IMG/VR virus record: IMGVR_UViG_3300048897_000037
Coordinates: 1 to 57,106 of that record
DNA length: 57,106 nucleotides
Source: a virus
Taxonomy: Duplodnaviria > Caudoviricetes
Reading direction: 5' to 3' (one strand)
In this document: positions 15,354 through 25,192 of the stretch, piece after piece
Position numbering within the stretch: the stretch's first letter is position 1
Layout: each line of letters opens with the position of its first letter
Made by a program: the position numbers and the translations under genes
Notes under the pieces: generated by a model
The model's database searches: none
What the model saw: only the letters and a program-made list of their open reading frames with translations
Told to the model about the DNA's origin: nothing

Positions 15354-17688
15354 TCCCAACCCGGCACGGGGTATGCCGCTGCAATTGCAGAAGTACTGGC
15401 TGGCCGGCAAGGGGGCAGCCAAGATTCGGTGGAACATCCCCGGCGACTTCAAGCGGTGCGTGCGCAACCTGCGCAAGTACTTCCCCAAGAACCCCGAGGG
15501 CCTGTGCAACATCCTGCACACCAAGGCCACCGGAGGCCCGCCCGGACACGGCTCAGCGGAGAAGCCACTGCACGCCTTGCACGCCTCCATGGTGGGCCAC
15601 TACAACCTTGAAGCTCTCACGGCCGCCCAGGCCCTGATGGACAAGCAGCCCCAGCTGGGCCGGTACACCTGGGCCGCTCCCCTGGCCCCCATTGGCCGTC
15701 CCACGGCCGAGCCTCGGCGCTCCCGGGTGTTTGAGCCTGGCTCCCTGTACCACCGGACGCTGCCGCTGCCCCTGGACTTCCGGGAGCGCCAGGCGCCCGG
15801 CCACACCGGCGCCGTCACCGTGGGCCGGATCCTGGGCCTCACCTACGGGCCCGACCACCAGGGCAATGAGTACGCCTGGGGCTGGGGTGACTTTCTTGAC
15901 GAGTCAATTATCCCGGACGCAACAAAGGCTCGGTACCTGGCCGAGCAGGGCGTCTACGGCACCAGTCTGGACCCGGGCGGTCCGATCACGGCCGGCGTGG
16001 ATCCGGAGTCCGGCCAAGAACACATGATCAAGTTCGGTATCGGCGGGGCCACCATGGTGCCGATCGAGGCCTTCACCTTGATGCGGATGCACGTGTTCGA
16101 CAGCGAGGATGGCGACTGGCCCGAGGACGATCCGGATATGCAGGCCCTCATGGAGGGCGAGGACTGCGGGTGCGGCGAACCGAAGGCCATCACGGCCGCC
16201 GTGAACTCGTCCGGCTGGCGCGGACTCCCCCTGGCGCCTCGGGAAGCCGTGTTCGACAACGACGACGCAGTGAAGCGCATCACGGCCTGGGCCGGTGGGG
16301 ATGCGGCCAAGATGCAGAAGGCCTTCATGTGGCACAGCGACCAGGGCAACCCGTTGGACCCCACCAGCTATCGACTGCCACTGGGCGACATCATCAACGG
16401 CGAGCTGACCATCATCTTCCACGCCATCTACGCCGCCGCCGCGCTGATGTCGGGCGCCCACGGCGGCCTTCCGGATGTGTCCCCCCACGACGACGCCGAG
16501 ATCCGGAGCACCATCAGCGCGATCTACGCCGAGATGGCGCACGCCTTCGGCGACACCTCTGTCCGTGCCCCATGGGACCGGTCAGCACAGGAAGGAGTAC
16601 AGCTCAGCATGGACCAGTTCGCAGCAGCAGAACCCTATGGGGACGTCAAGTACGCCGACCCGGGCTACCGGGACGGCAAGAAGCGGTACCCGATTGACAC
16701 CGAGGAGCACTGCCGCGCGGCATGGTCCTACATCAATCAGGCTGACAACGCGAAGATGTATAACGCCACCCAGCTGAAGGCAATCAAGGACCGCATCATG
16801 GCTGCCGGGAAGAAGTTCGGCATCAAGTTCTCTGACAACAACGGGGACGAAGGCGCCAAGGAAGGTAGCAAGCAGGACATGGAGTACTCGTCCGCCGGAA
16901 TCCCGATCACCCCACCCAAGGCGTGGTTCGAGGATCCCAAGTTGCCCCGCAAGACCAAGCTCACCGTTACCCCGGAAGGTCGGGTGTACGGCCACCTGGC
17001 GGCCTGGAATGAGTGCCACCGCGACGTGGCGATGCGGGAGTGTGTGCTGGCGCCCAAGTCCATGTTGGACTATGCGCCGTTCCACCTGGGGTCCACGCTC
17101 ACGGCTGAGGGGGAGCTGATCGACACCGGGAAGATCGTCATGGACACCCGGCACGCCAACATCAACCTGGGGTACGCGGCCACCGCCATCCACTACGACA
17201 ACACGGGCGACGAGATCGCCACCATCCGCTGCGGCGAGGACGAGTTCGGCATCTGGTTTGCCGGAGCCGTGGTCCCCGAGGCGACCCCGGCGAAGATCGC
17301 CAAGCTGCGTCGGTCCCCTCTGTCCGGGGACTGGCGACGGGAAAAGGGATCCCTGGAGCTGACCGCCGCTCTGGCCGTCAACGCCCCCGCCTTCCCTGTG
17401 TACGCGATGGAGGACGACGAGCGCCTGGCCCTGGTTGCAGCCGGCTCGGTCTGGTACGACGACGGGGACTACATCCTGGCCTCTGATGTGCCGACTGGGA
17501 TCGCCAACGCCATCACCTCGGCTGTCAACGACGCCTTCGCTGCCCAGGAGGACGACAAGGCCGCCGAGGAGCGCGAGGAACGGTTGCGGGATCTGCTGGA
17601 AGACGACGAGATCTACGCTCGGCGGGACCGCCAGGAACGCCTCATGAAGGTGTTCACCGTCGACCAGACCGGAGTTCTTCAGCGATGA
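15346..17688 (+). CDS. capsid maturation protease with inserted domains
   Basis: HTGAVTVGRI, GRVYGHLAAW, LSGDWR motifs; DUF6582-like insert RYPIDTEEHCRAAWSYINQ. Confidence 0.7.
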   Translation: MADPNPARGMPLQLQKYWLAGKGAAKIRWNIPGDFKRCVRNLRKYFPKNPEGLCNILHTKATGGPPGHGSAEKPLHALHASMVGHYNLEALTAAQALMDKQPQLGRYTWAAPLAPIGRPTAEPRRSRVFEPGSLYHRTLPLPLDFRERQAPGHTGAVTVGRILGLTYGPDHQGNEYAWGWGDFLDESIIPDATKARYLAEQGVYGTSLDPGGPITAGVDPESGQEHMIKFGIGGATMVPIEAFTLMRMHVFDSEDGDWPEDDPDMQALMEGEDCGCGEPKAITAAVNSSGWRGLPLAPREAVFDNDDAVKRITAWAGGDAAKMQKAFMWHSDQGNPLDPTSYRLPLGDIINGELTIIFHAIYAAAALMSGAHGGLPDVSPHDDAEIRSTISAIYAEMAHAFGDTSVRAPWDRSAQEGVQLSMDQFAAAEPYGDVKYADPGYRDGKKRYPIDTEEHCRAAWSYINQADNAKMYNATQLKAIKDRIMAAGKKFGIKFSDNNGDEGAKEGSKQDMEYSSAGIPITPPKAWFEDPKLPRKTKLTVTPEGRVYGHLAAWNECHRDVAMRECVLAPKSMLDYAPFHLGSTLTAEGELIDTGKIVMDTRHANINLGYAATAIHYDNTGDEIATIRCGEDEFGIWFAGAVVPEATPAKIAKLRRSPLSGDWRREKGSLELTAALAVNAPAFPVYAMEDDERLALVAAGSVWYDDGDYILASDVPTGIANAITSAVNDAFAAQEDDKAAEEREERLRDLLEDDEIYARRDRQERLMKVFTVDQTGVLQR

Positions 17689-17912
17689 CCGCACCCATGC
17701 CAGCCCCCGCCGCGCCCGCTCCTGCTGCCCCCGCCCCGGCTCCTGTTGATCCAAATGCGGCCCCGCCTGCGCCGGCTCCAACAGATCAGGGTGGACAATC
17801 AGCCACGGATGCTGCTGGGGATGACTTGGGCGCCTGGCAGGCAGCAGCCGAGATGGACAGCCGGCTCACGGTCCTCCGTCGACCCGATGTAGCAAGTGGA
17901 CAGATGGGATAA
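17685..17912 (+). CDS. small Pro/Ala-rich protein
   Basis: ATGA coupling; fills the gap before the giant gene. Confidence 0.55.
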   Translation: MTAPMPAPAAPAPAAPAPAPVDPNAAPPAPAPTDQGGQSATDAAGDDLGAWQAAAEMDSRLTVLRRPDVASGQMG

Positions 17913-17915
17913 ACC

Positions 17916-20900
17916 GTGGGACTGGGCAGCTTTTGGGACCCGAACGACCACCCTCGCGGGTGGCACGGTCGGTTCGCGAAGAAGTGGAAAATCTCCGACA
18001 CGCTTCGGAAGCTGCTCGACGGTTTCACCCCTCGTACGTTCCAGTCGGACAGTCAGGCTGGCCAGTACGCCTTCAACCAGGGCCACAAGAACGGGCCGTT
18101 CTCCTCCGTTGAGCTGACCCGGCTCCGCAAGGACTGGGACGAGGCGCAGGACCACATCAGGGCTGGGGACATGGATCCCCAGACCAAGGCCTTCGACGAC
18201 ATGATGCAGTCCCACATGCATCCGACGTCGGACGGCTTGATCGCCACCACTACGTTCGGCGCGGATGCCTTGGGGCTGCGACCCGACCAGTTGCACGACG
18301 GTCCGGGCGGCATCACCGACCTGTTCGGCACCGTGCTGGGCAACAAGGGATACCAGGCCGTACACCTTGGTACGGATGTCACGCCCGGACAGCATGGTCC
18401 CGGCAAGATCAGCGCCACCATCATGGTGCCGGCCGGAACCCGGGTCGCCTTCCCTGGCCAGTCCCCCCAGGACCGGGGCTTCTTCCTGGACAAGGAACAG
18501 CCCCTGCTCGTCACCCGGATCGACCCGGACGGCATGGGCGGCTGGCGCATCGCTGCGGTCGCCGAACCGCACCCAGGCGTGGGTGCCTCTCAGGTCAGCC
18601 AGGACCTCAACCCCGGTCGCAAGGGGGTAGGCCTCACCCCTGAGGAGCGAGCCGCCCGACTGGCGGAACCATCCACCATGCCAGCACCGGCCACCCCCCA
18701 GGCTGCCCCGGCCACCGAGGCCGTCATGCGCCCCGAGTCGGTGCAGGCGCCCGCCGTGGGCCGCACCCCGGAGCAGGAGGCGGCGCGGGTCCAGCGCGCC
18801 CAGGCTGGGCGGCAGGCCAACGTCAACGAGGGCAACCCCCCGGTCCAGGCCCCACTGCCCACGCCCAACCCTCGGCCAGCCCCAGCCCCACCACCGGCCG
18901 CCGGGCCCCCGTCGCCCACCGGGGTACCGGACCGCAACGAGCCCATCCACGCCCCCTCCATCGGAGGAACAGGCAACGAAGGCAAGTCGGCTTCTGAGAT
19001 TGCCAACCGGCCACCAGAGCCGGCTCCGGAGCCTCCACCGGCGCTGTCCCCGGCAGAGCAGGGCAAGTCGCTCAAAGACGCCTATGTGGAGAGTGGCATC
19101 GAGTCCCCGGCTGCCGGCCCGCACCGGGCTGCCTTCAACCGGGCCTACCTGAACGCCAAGAGTCAGAACGGGCACCCGGAGCAGGCTCTCCGCAACCTGG
19201 AAGCCGACATCAAGTCGGTCGAGGAGAAGGCGGCCGAACAGAAGGTTCACCCCAGTGACCGGGCCGACATGCTCACCGCCGAGGCCGATGCCAAGTCAAT
19301 GAACGACCTGGCCGACCTGATCGCCACACACTTCGGACTACCTCGGGCCAAGAAGGAGGAGAAGGCTCCTAGCTCCCCGGTGCAGCGCACCGGGGCACCT
19401 GATGAGTTCCTGGGCGAGAAGAAGCCGGGCGCCCGCGAAGCCCGCAAGGTGTCCGGGCAGCCATCCCGTAGCGCCACCGGCCTCACCGAGCACGAACAGG
19501 CCGGCGCCGGGCCAGGTACGGCCGGCGTGGGTGGGCGCAAGGAGGGGGCTCCGGAGACTCCCGCGCCGCGCGGCTCCACTGGCACCACCAAGGAGACCCA
19601 GAAGCCCACGGTCAGCGCTGCCCGGGTGAAGGCCGGCGACGTAGTCCTGGCGCGCAAGGATGAGAACGGTAACTGGGTCCACACGTCACGCAAGACGGGC
19701 GCGACTCCGATCACGGTGACCGGCAAGCAGACTGGCAACGGGGCCCACATCATTGAGGGAACCGATCCTGAAGGCAACAAGGTCACCCTTCAGCCGATCC
19801 GTGGCCAGAACGTTTTGCACCGCCACCAGGAGAAGGCGCCCAAGGCGCCGGCCGCCAAGAAGGCGGCCAAGGCTGCGGCGCCCCAGGAGAAGCCGCTCTC
19901 TCACGACGAGATCGCCAAGCGTTCGGCCGAGATGCTGGCCCGTCCACCGGCTACCGGAGGCAAGGAGCAGCCACCGCTAACCGAGGCGGATCACCGGGAG
20001 ATGCTGGCCGGCAACAGCAAGGATCAGCTCCGCAAGATCGGTGAAGACCTGGGCGTCTCGGTGTCCGATAAGGACTCCAAGGCGTCCATGATCGACAAGA
20101 TCGCACCGGCTGCCGCTGCCGACACCGCCAAGCGGCGGGCCGAACGCGTGGCCGGCGAAGGTCCGAGCCCGGCCCTGGGGGAGCGTCAGAGCGCCGACAC
20201 CCCTGCCGTGGACCGTGTTCTGAAGGCCTACAACGACATCGTGGCCCAGGGCGACGGACACGACCGTCGTGTGTCCATTGCGGACATTCGGGCCGAGGTG
20301 GGCGGCGACCTGTCCCGGGCCGAACTGACCCGGGCGCTGCGGGAGATTGGTCGCGGCAACTCCGAGCACGGCGGCTTGCTGTCGCGTGGGGTGAAGCCGG
20401 ACGCCCGCACTGAGGCCAGCGGCATGGACATGGGCGGGGAGAAGGTTCACTTCCTGCAGCTCCCGCGCCCAGGCGAGAAGGAGCGTGGTAAGGAGACCAC
20501 CCCGGTCCCGAAGGAGGAGCCAGCCAAGGCGGTCGCCAAGGCGGCCAAGGCTGTACCGACCAAGGCCCCTGCGAAGGAAACCGGCGACCAGGCCGAGGTC
20601 TCCAAGGTTGCGAGCGCCTTCCATGCGGATTGGCAGAAGACGCAGGCACCCGAGGGGTCTGGCCGCAAGCCCAAGTTCAAGACGACCAAGGACGAAGCCT
20701 GGATCAAGAAGCACGGCACCGATCAGGTCGATATCGCCAACACCTCGTACGCTGATCTGCCCGACGACTGGCAGAAGGAAAACCGAGACGCGGCGGAGGT
20801 AGTGCAGCGCATCCTCAAGGAGCACGGCGGCACTGTTGATCTTTCTGACGAGAAGACGCGCCTTGAGGTTGGCGACCAGATCCACAAGGCTTGGCTGTCC

Positions 20901-23900
20901 CGGGAAAACAACAGCCACGCCAAGGGTGGTGAGCTGGACAAGCCTTTCTCGGAACTCTCCCGCGCAGAGCAGGACAAGGACACCGACCAACTGAAGGTCG
21001 CCATGGAGGTCCTGTCTCCGGCGAAGAAGGGCGGCACCAGTCCCGAAACAGTGTCGGCGGTCAAGCAGGCGTACGAGAACATCGTGGCCCGGCGCGGACC
21101 TGATGGTGACCGCAAGGTGTCCCTGCAGGACATTCGCCAAGAGTTGGATCTGCAGCACGGCTTCAGTCGGCCCGAGGTCGACAAGGCGCTGAAGGAGCTG
21201 GGCCGTGGTGGGTCGGAGCATGGTGGCCTGATCAGCGGTACCACCAACCCCAGCAACCGGGAGGCCGCCGGGGCCATGAAGATGGGCGGCGAGGACGTCC
21301 ACTTCCTGCAGCTACCGCGTCCCGGTGAGGCTGGCCGTGGCGGGGAGGTCACGCCCAACGCTCCCGAGTCTTCTGCTGAAGCGGATGCGGTACGGAACCT
21401 GGCTCCCGCCGACCAGAGCATCTATCACCGTGCCCGGGAAAGCGGGCAGACTCATGAACAGGCCATGGCGACGGTGGCTACCCCTGCGCCGGCAGCCGAG
21501 GCTAAGCCCTTGGAGAAGATGACCAAGGCTGAGCTACTGGCCCACCCTGATGCTGCAGGAGCCAAGCAGTCCTGGACCAAGGACAAGATCAAGCAGCACA
21601 TCCAGGCAGCGCAAGGTGCCAAGACTGCTGCGGCACAACAGGAAGCGGCGAAGGTTGTAGGGAAGGCCGCCCCGCGTCCCACTACACCCATCGACAACGC
21701 CCCCCGGGCCAACGAGTTCACCAAGGCCTGGGACACGGCCGGGATCCCGGAGGCACCGGGCTCGGCCGGGCGCTCCATGAAGGAGATCCGCTCCGACCTG
21801 GCCGAGGGGAAGATCGATCCCGCTGAAGGTGTCCGGCGCATGGAGTCGGAGATCTCCTTCAACAAGGAAGAACTGTCCCAAGTGGAGGCTGACCTCCGCG
21901 CCCCGGACCTAACCGACAAGCAACGGGCTGATCTGCAGGCACAGCACGCCAAGCTCACCGAAGGAGTGAAGGCGCAGGAGAAGGCGTCCGAGTTCCTGCG
22001 CTCCCACTTCGGTGGCGAAGGCGACAAGCCCACCGTGGAGGAAGTGAAGGCGTTCCTTCCGGAAGGTTCGGAGCGCTTCCTGGACAAGGCAACCCCGGAC
22101 GAGATGCGAGATGTTGCCCGGATTCAGGGGCTGGACGAGCCGAAGGGCTCCACGGCCGAGGAGATGTTCAATGACCTGTTGAAGCAGACCGTTGATCGGG
22201 CACTCAAAGAAAAGCGGGAAGAGGGTGCCAGTAAGGCGGCCAAGGCTGAAGCGGCCCGCCTGAAGAAGGAAGCCCGAGAAGCCGGCAAGGCTGGGTTCCG
22301 ACCGGGCGGTGCCAAGCACCTGGACGCGGCGAAGATCGCCGAGGGTTTGGACCTGGGCGAGGACAACAGCTACGTCCAGGACGCCCAGGCTGAGCTGAAC
22401 GACGGCAAGACCCCGAAGCAGGTCGCCGACCGTGTTCGGTTCATGGCCCAGGGGCTGGCCAACAGTAACGCGATCATCCATGGATCTGTTGCTGCCGGCC
22501 ACGAGACGCCCGACGACAAGATGCACCGGGAGACCAAGCTCGCCGAGGGTCGGGCCGCCGTGGCCAAGCTGGAGGAACTGGCCAAGCGGATCGAGGAGTC
22601 CAAGCGCCCCCGCAAGCCTCGGGCGCCGTCCACGAAGCTGACCCCCACGGATCATGTGGCGGCCAGGGAGGCGGCCAAGGCGACCGGTACCCCGGTGGCC
22701 GAGGTGCGCTCCGCTATGGAGGACGCCAAGAAGGCCGACGCCAAGTTGCAGGAGCTGGGCATCCCCACCACGGCCGACGAGCTACACGCCCGGGTGATCG
22801 CGCGCGCCTCAGGGCCGTTCAATGACGCCAAGACCGCCGAGGAAGCACGCCGGGCTGCGACATCCATGCATGGCAACCTGACCCTGGCCGAGATCCGCAA
22901 GATGGGTGCGGAGCACGGCATCACGGGCCGGTCCAAGAAGGACATCACCGACAAGATCATTGAGCGCCGGTTCCCGCCAGAGCCAGGCGCCCCAACTCGG
23001 CTCACTGGTGGCCAGTTCGACCAGTTGAAGGCCGGCGACCCCATCGACATCCACTTGGGCGGCAGCAAGACGCGCAAGGACTCGGTGGCCAAGGTGGACC
23101 CGGATGGCACCCTGCACACGAAGGGTGGCTACAAGTACGGACCCACCAGCGACGTGCAGATCTCCCGGGGCGGAGCGGCCGACACCCGGCCATCCACGCC
23201 GGCTCGCAGCGCCCAGGTGGAGCGGGCCCGGAAGACGGCCGACGTGGTGGCCGAGGTTCACGAACTGGTGGGCAATGGGGCCAGCCCCGACGCCATCCGG
23301 GCCCGGCTGCGCACGGCCGGCCAGGCCAACGGAATCGACACTGCTGAGCTGCAGTCCCTGGCTGATGACCCACAGGCGCTCACCAAGGCGGCTGACAAGC
23401 TGGGCACCTCGGCCGGCCTGTCCCGGGTGGGGGACGTCGGATCCACGACGCCGTTCAACCGGACCAGTCACGAAGGACCCAGTGGCCGGGATCTGGGCAA
23501 CGGGGAGAACGTCCGGGTGACCCGTCCAGGCCACACTGCACGCCTCAGTAACGGCGAGGATGTCACCATCAGCCGGCCCAAGGTGCACCCGGTGTCGGCC
23601 GAGCCAGCGAAGGCAACCCCGGCGAAGCGGGCGGCCAAGAAGGCTCTCCCGGGCCCCCAGGCCAGTCCTCAGGAAGCCTTGGCGGCACTGAACAATGCGA
23701 ACAGCTCCACCACCCGTGAAGAGGCACACGGGATGATCGAACACTTCACGCGTGACGAGCTGATCAGCATGGCCAAGGAGCTGTCAGTTCCCAGCGCCAG
23801 CAGCAAGAGCAAGAAGGCTCTCCGTGATGACATCGTTCATGCGACGGTGGGAGTTCGAGCTGACTCTGAGGCAACCCGTGACCTTCTCCGAGCCCCGCGC

Positions 23901-24821
23901 GCCGGAGACAACGGCTTCCTGCCGACTGACCAGGAGCGACTGGGTGGCCGCCTTGCAGCGGCCAAGAAGGCAGCCAAGGGGGCCGGCCCGGCCGCTGAGC
24001 CACGACTCAGCCCTGCAGCGGAGCAGGCCCGCCTGGAGCAGGAGCGGGCTGACAACATGGCCCGGCTGGCGGCGGCCAAGGCAGTGAAGAAGGCCGCCCC
24101 GACCAAGGCCGCGCCCGCCAAGAAGGAGCGGTTCAGCGAGGCGGCGGCCGAGAAGCAGTTCGGTCCGCAGCCTGGGGAGGCCCGCATTGAGTCTGGCAAG
24201 TTCTCCGACAAGCCGTTGCGTCAGCAGACCTGGGGCGGCCGGGCTCAACCCAATGACGTCCGGTTCCACGAAGATGGAGCTATTGGCAGTGCCCTGAGTT
24301 CGATGGGCCAAGACAAGCGCCTGGATGTTGGTGGCGAGCCGCTCTACAACGTGCTGGGTCAGATCGCCACGGACGTGAACCGTGGAAACATCACCCCGGC
24401 CCAGGGCCTGGAGCGGTACAAGGCCTTGGCGGCTCGACTTCCAGAAGGCAGCAATGCAAGGAAGGAGCTGGAGTACGCCATCCAGAAGATTGACTCCCCT
24501 CCGCGCAAGCCAAACCTGCCAGAGGGGACCCCGGACTACCTTCGGAAGCTGGCTGACCGGTTGGCCGAGATCCCCATTGCCCGCAAGGATGTTGGACGCA
24601 CTGGACGCAAGGGTGAGCTGGACCAGGTGGAGGAGCTGGCCCGACTGTTGACTGACGGAGAGCCCAAGTCTCGATTCACGGCGCAATCCGCACTGGAGAG
24701 GATGATGGGTACCCGGCACGAGAGCGACAGTGACGCCGGGGACCAGCAGATCCTTGCAGCCATCCAGGAAGCACTGAAGGATGAGGAAAGAGCACGGATG
24801 GCCGCCCGTAAGGCGAAGTAG
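17916..24821 (+). CDS. giant multidomain head-associated/ejected protein (degenerate ART, wHTH x2, RyR-like, HeH repeats, GrpE-like)
   Basis: 2301-aa ORF in head module; N-terminal WDPNDHPRGWHGRF motif; domain motifs listed in findings. Confidence 0.75.
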   Translation: MGLGSFWDPNDHPRGWHGRFAKKWKISDTLRKLLDGFTPRTFQSDSQAGQYAFNQGHKNGPFSSVELTRLRKDWDEAQDHIRAGDMDPQTKAFDDMMQSHMHPTSDGLIATTTFGADALGLRPDQLHDGPGGITDLFGTVLGNKGYQAVHLGTDVTPGQHGPGKISATIMVPAGTRVAFPGQSPQDRGFFLDKEQPLLVTRIDPDGMGGWRIAAVAEPHPGVGASQVSQDLNPGRKGVGLTPEERAARLAEPSTMPAPATPQAAPATEAVMRPESVQAPAVGRTPEQEAARVQRAQAGRQANVNEGNPPVQAPLPTPNPRPAPAPPPAAGPPSPTGVPDRNEPIHAPSIGGTGNEGKSASEIANRPPEPAPEPPPALSPAEQGKSLKDAYVESGIESPAAGPHRAAFNRAYLNAKSQNGHPEQALRNLEADIKSVEEKAAEQKVHPSDRADMLTAEADAKSMNDLADLIATHFGLPRAKKEEKAPSSPVQRTGAPDEFLGEKKPGAREARKVSGQPSRSATGLTEHEQAGAGPGTAGVGGRKEGAPETPAPRGSTGTTKETQKPTVSAARVKAGDVVLARKDENGNWVHTSRKTGATPITVTGKQTGNGAHIIEGTDPEGNKVTLQPIRGQNVLHRHQEKAPKAPAAKKAAKAAAPQEKPLSHDEIAKRSAEMLARPPATGGKEQPPLTEADHREMLAGNSKDQLRKIGEDLGVSVSDKDSKASMIDKIAPAAAADTAKRRAERVAGEGPSPALGERQSADTPAVDRVLKAYNDIVAQGDGHDRRVSIADIRAEVGGDLSRAELTRALREIGRGNSEHGGLLSRGVKPDARTEASGMDMGGEKVHFLQLPRPGEKERGKETTPVPKEEPAKAVAKAAKAVPTKAPAKETGDQAEVSKVASAFHADWQKTQAPEGSGRKPKFKTTKDEAWIKKHGTDQVDIANTSYADLPDDWQKENRDAAEVVQRILKEHGGTVDLSDEKTRLEVGDQIHKAWLSRENNSHAKGGELDKPFSELSRAEQDKDTDQLKVAMEVLSPAKKGGTSPETVSAVKQAYENIVARRGPDGDRKVSLQDIRQELDLQHGFSRPEVDKALKELGRGGSEHGGLISGTTNPSNREAAGAMKMGGEDVHFLQLPRPGEAGRGGEVTPNAPESSAEADAVRNLAPADQSIYHRARESGQTHEQAMATVATPAPAAEAKPLEKMTKAELLAHPDAAGAKQSWTKDKIKQHIQAAQGAKTAAAQQEAAKVVGKAAPRPTTPIDNAPRANEFTKAWDTAGIPEAPGSAGRSMKEIRSDLAEGKIDPAEGVRRMESEISFNKEELSQVEADLRAPDLTDKQRADLQAQHAKLTEGVKAQEKASEFLRSHFGGEGDKPTVEEVKAFLPEGSERFLDKATPDEMRDVARIQGLDEPKGSTAEEMFNDLLKQTVDRALKEKREEGASKAAKAEAARLKKEAREAGKAGFRPGGAKHLDAAKIAEGLDLGEDNSYVQDAQAELNDGKTPKQVADRVRFMAQGLANSNAIIHGSVAAGHETPDDKMHRETKLAEGRAAVAKLEELAKRIEESKRPRKPRAPSTKLTPTDHVAAREAAKATGTPVAEVRSAMEDAKKADAKLQELGIPTTADELHARVIARASGPFNDAKTAEEARRAATSMHGNLTLAEIRKMGAEHGITGRSKKDITDKIIERRFPPEPGAPTRLTGGQFDQLKAGDPIDIHLGGSKTRKDSVAKVDPDGTLHTKGGYKYGPTSDVQISRGGAADTRPSTPARSAQVERARKTADVVAEVHELVGNGASPDAIRARLRTAGQANGIDTAELQSLADDPQALTKAADKLGTSAGLSRVGDVGSTTPFNRTSHEGPSGRDLGNGENVRVTRPGHTARLSNGEDVTISRPKVHPVSAEPAKATPAKRAAKKALPGPQASPQEALAALNNANSSTTREEAHGMIEHFTRDELISMAKELSVPSASSKSKKALRDDIVHATVGVRADSEATRDLLRAPRAGDNGFLPTDQERLGGRLAAAKKAAKGAGPAAEPRLSPAAEQARLEQERADNMARLAAAKAVKKAAPTKAAPAKKERFSEAAAEKQFGPQPGEARIESGKFSDKPLRQQTWGGRAQPNDVRFHEDGAIGSALSSMGQDKRLDVGGEPLYNVLGQIATDVNRGNITPAQGLERYKALAARLPEGSNARKELEYAIQKIDSPPRKPNLPEGTPDYLRKLADRLAEIPIARKDVGRTGRKGELDQVEELARLLTDGEPKSRFTAQSALERMMGTRHESDSDAGDQQILAAIQEALKDEERARMAARKAK

Positions 24822-24833
24822 AAGGAGAAGATC

Positions 24834-25004
24834 ATGCCCTGCGCTTGCAACGGTGGTGCGACTCAGTCGACGGCTGCCCAAGACAAGGAGTACGAGGTCA
24901 AGCTGCCCAACGGGCGCACAGAGTACGTGCGCGGGGAGCACGCGGCCAAGGTCGCGGCGACCATGGGCGGTCCCGGTACCACGTACTCCGCCACTGGACG
25001 CTGA
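24834..25004 (+). CDS. small protein (MPCACNGG...) of the kind found before actinophage capsid genes
   Basis: AAGGAG RBS, 56 aa, followed by terminator. Confidence 0.7.
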   Translation: MPCACNGGATQSTAAQDKEYEVKLPNGRTEYVRGEHAAKVAATMGGPGTTYSATGR

Positions 25005-25006
25005 AC

Positions 25007-25042
25007 GCAAAGAAGCCCCCACCGAAATGGAGGCTTCTTTGC
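25007..25042. terminator. bidirectional terminator
   Basis: GCAAAGAAGCC/GGCTTCTTTGC IR where the head operon and the antisense RNA operon converge. Confidence 0.8.
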
Positions 25043-25065
25043 TGCTGGCCTAGATCCCTCTACCA

Positions 25066-25147
25066 ACCCCACCCTGGAGGGAAGCTGAGCGACCCCGAAG
25101 GGTTTCTGCTACCTGGCTGGCAGCTTCGTCAGGCTTAACGGTGGGAC
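25066..25147 (-). ncRNA. type I hammerhead ribozyme
   Basis: minus strand GTTAAGC-CTGACGA-A-GCTGCC-AGCCA-GGTAGC-A-GAAA-CCC-TTCG-GGG-TC-GCTCAGC: complete core, GUC site, UUCG-capped stem III. Confidence 0.75.
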
Positions 25148-25192
25148 TTGCACCTCTCATCACACCTCACCAGCACGGAGAGGTCTTAAGCG

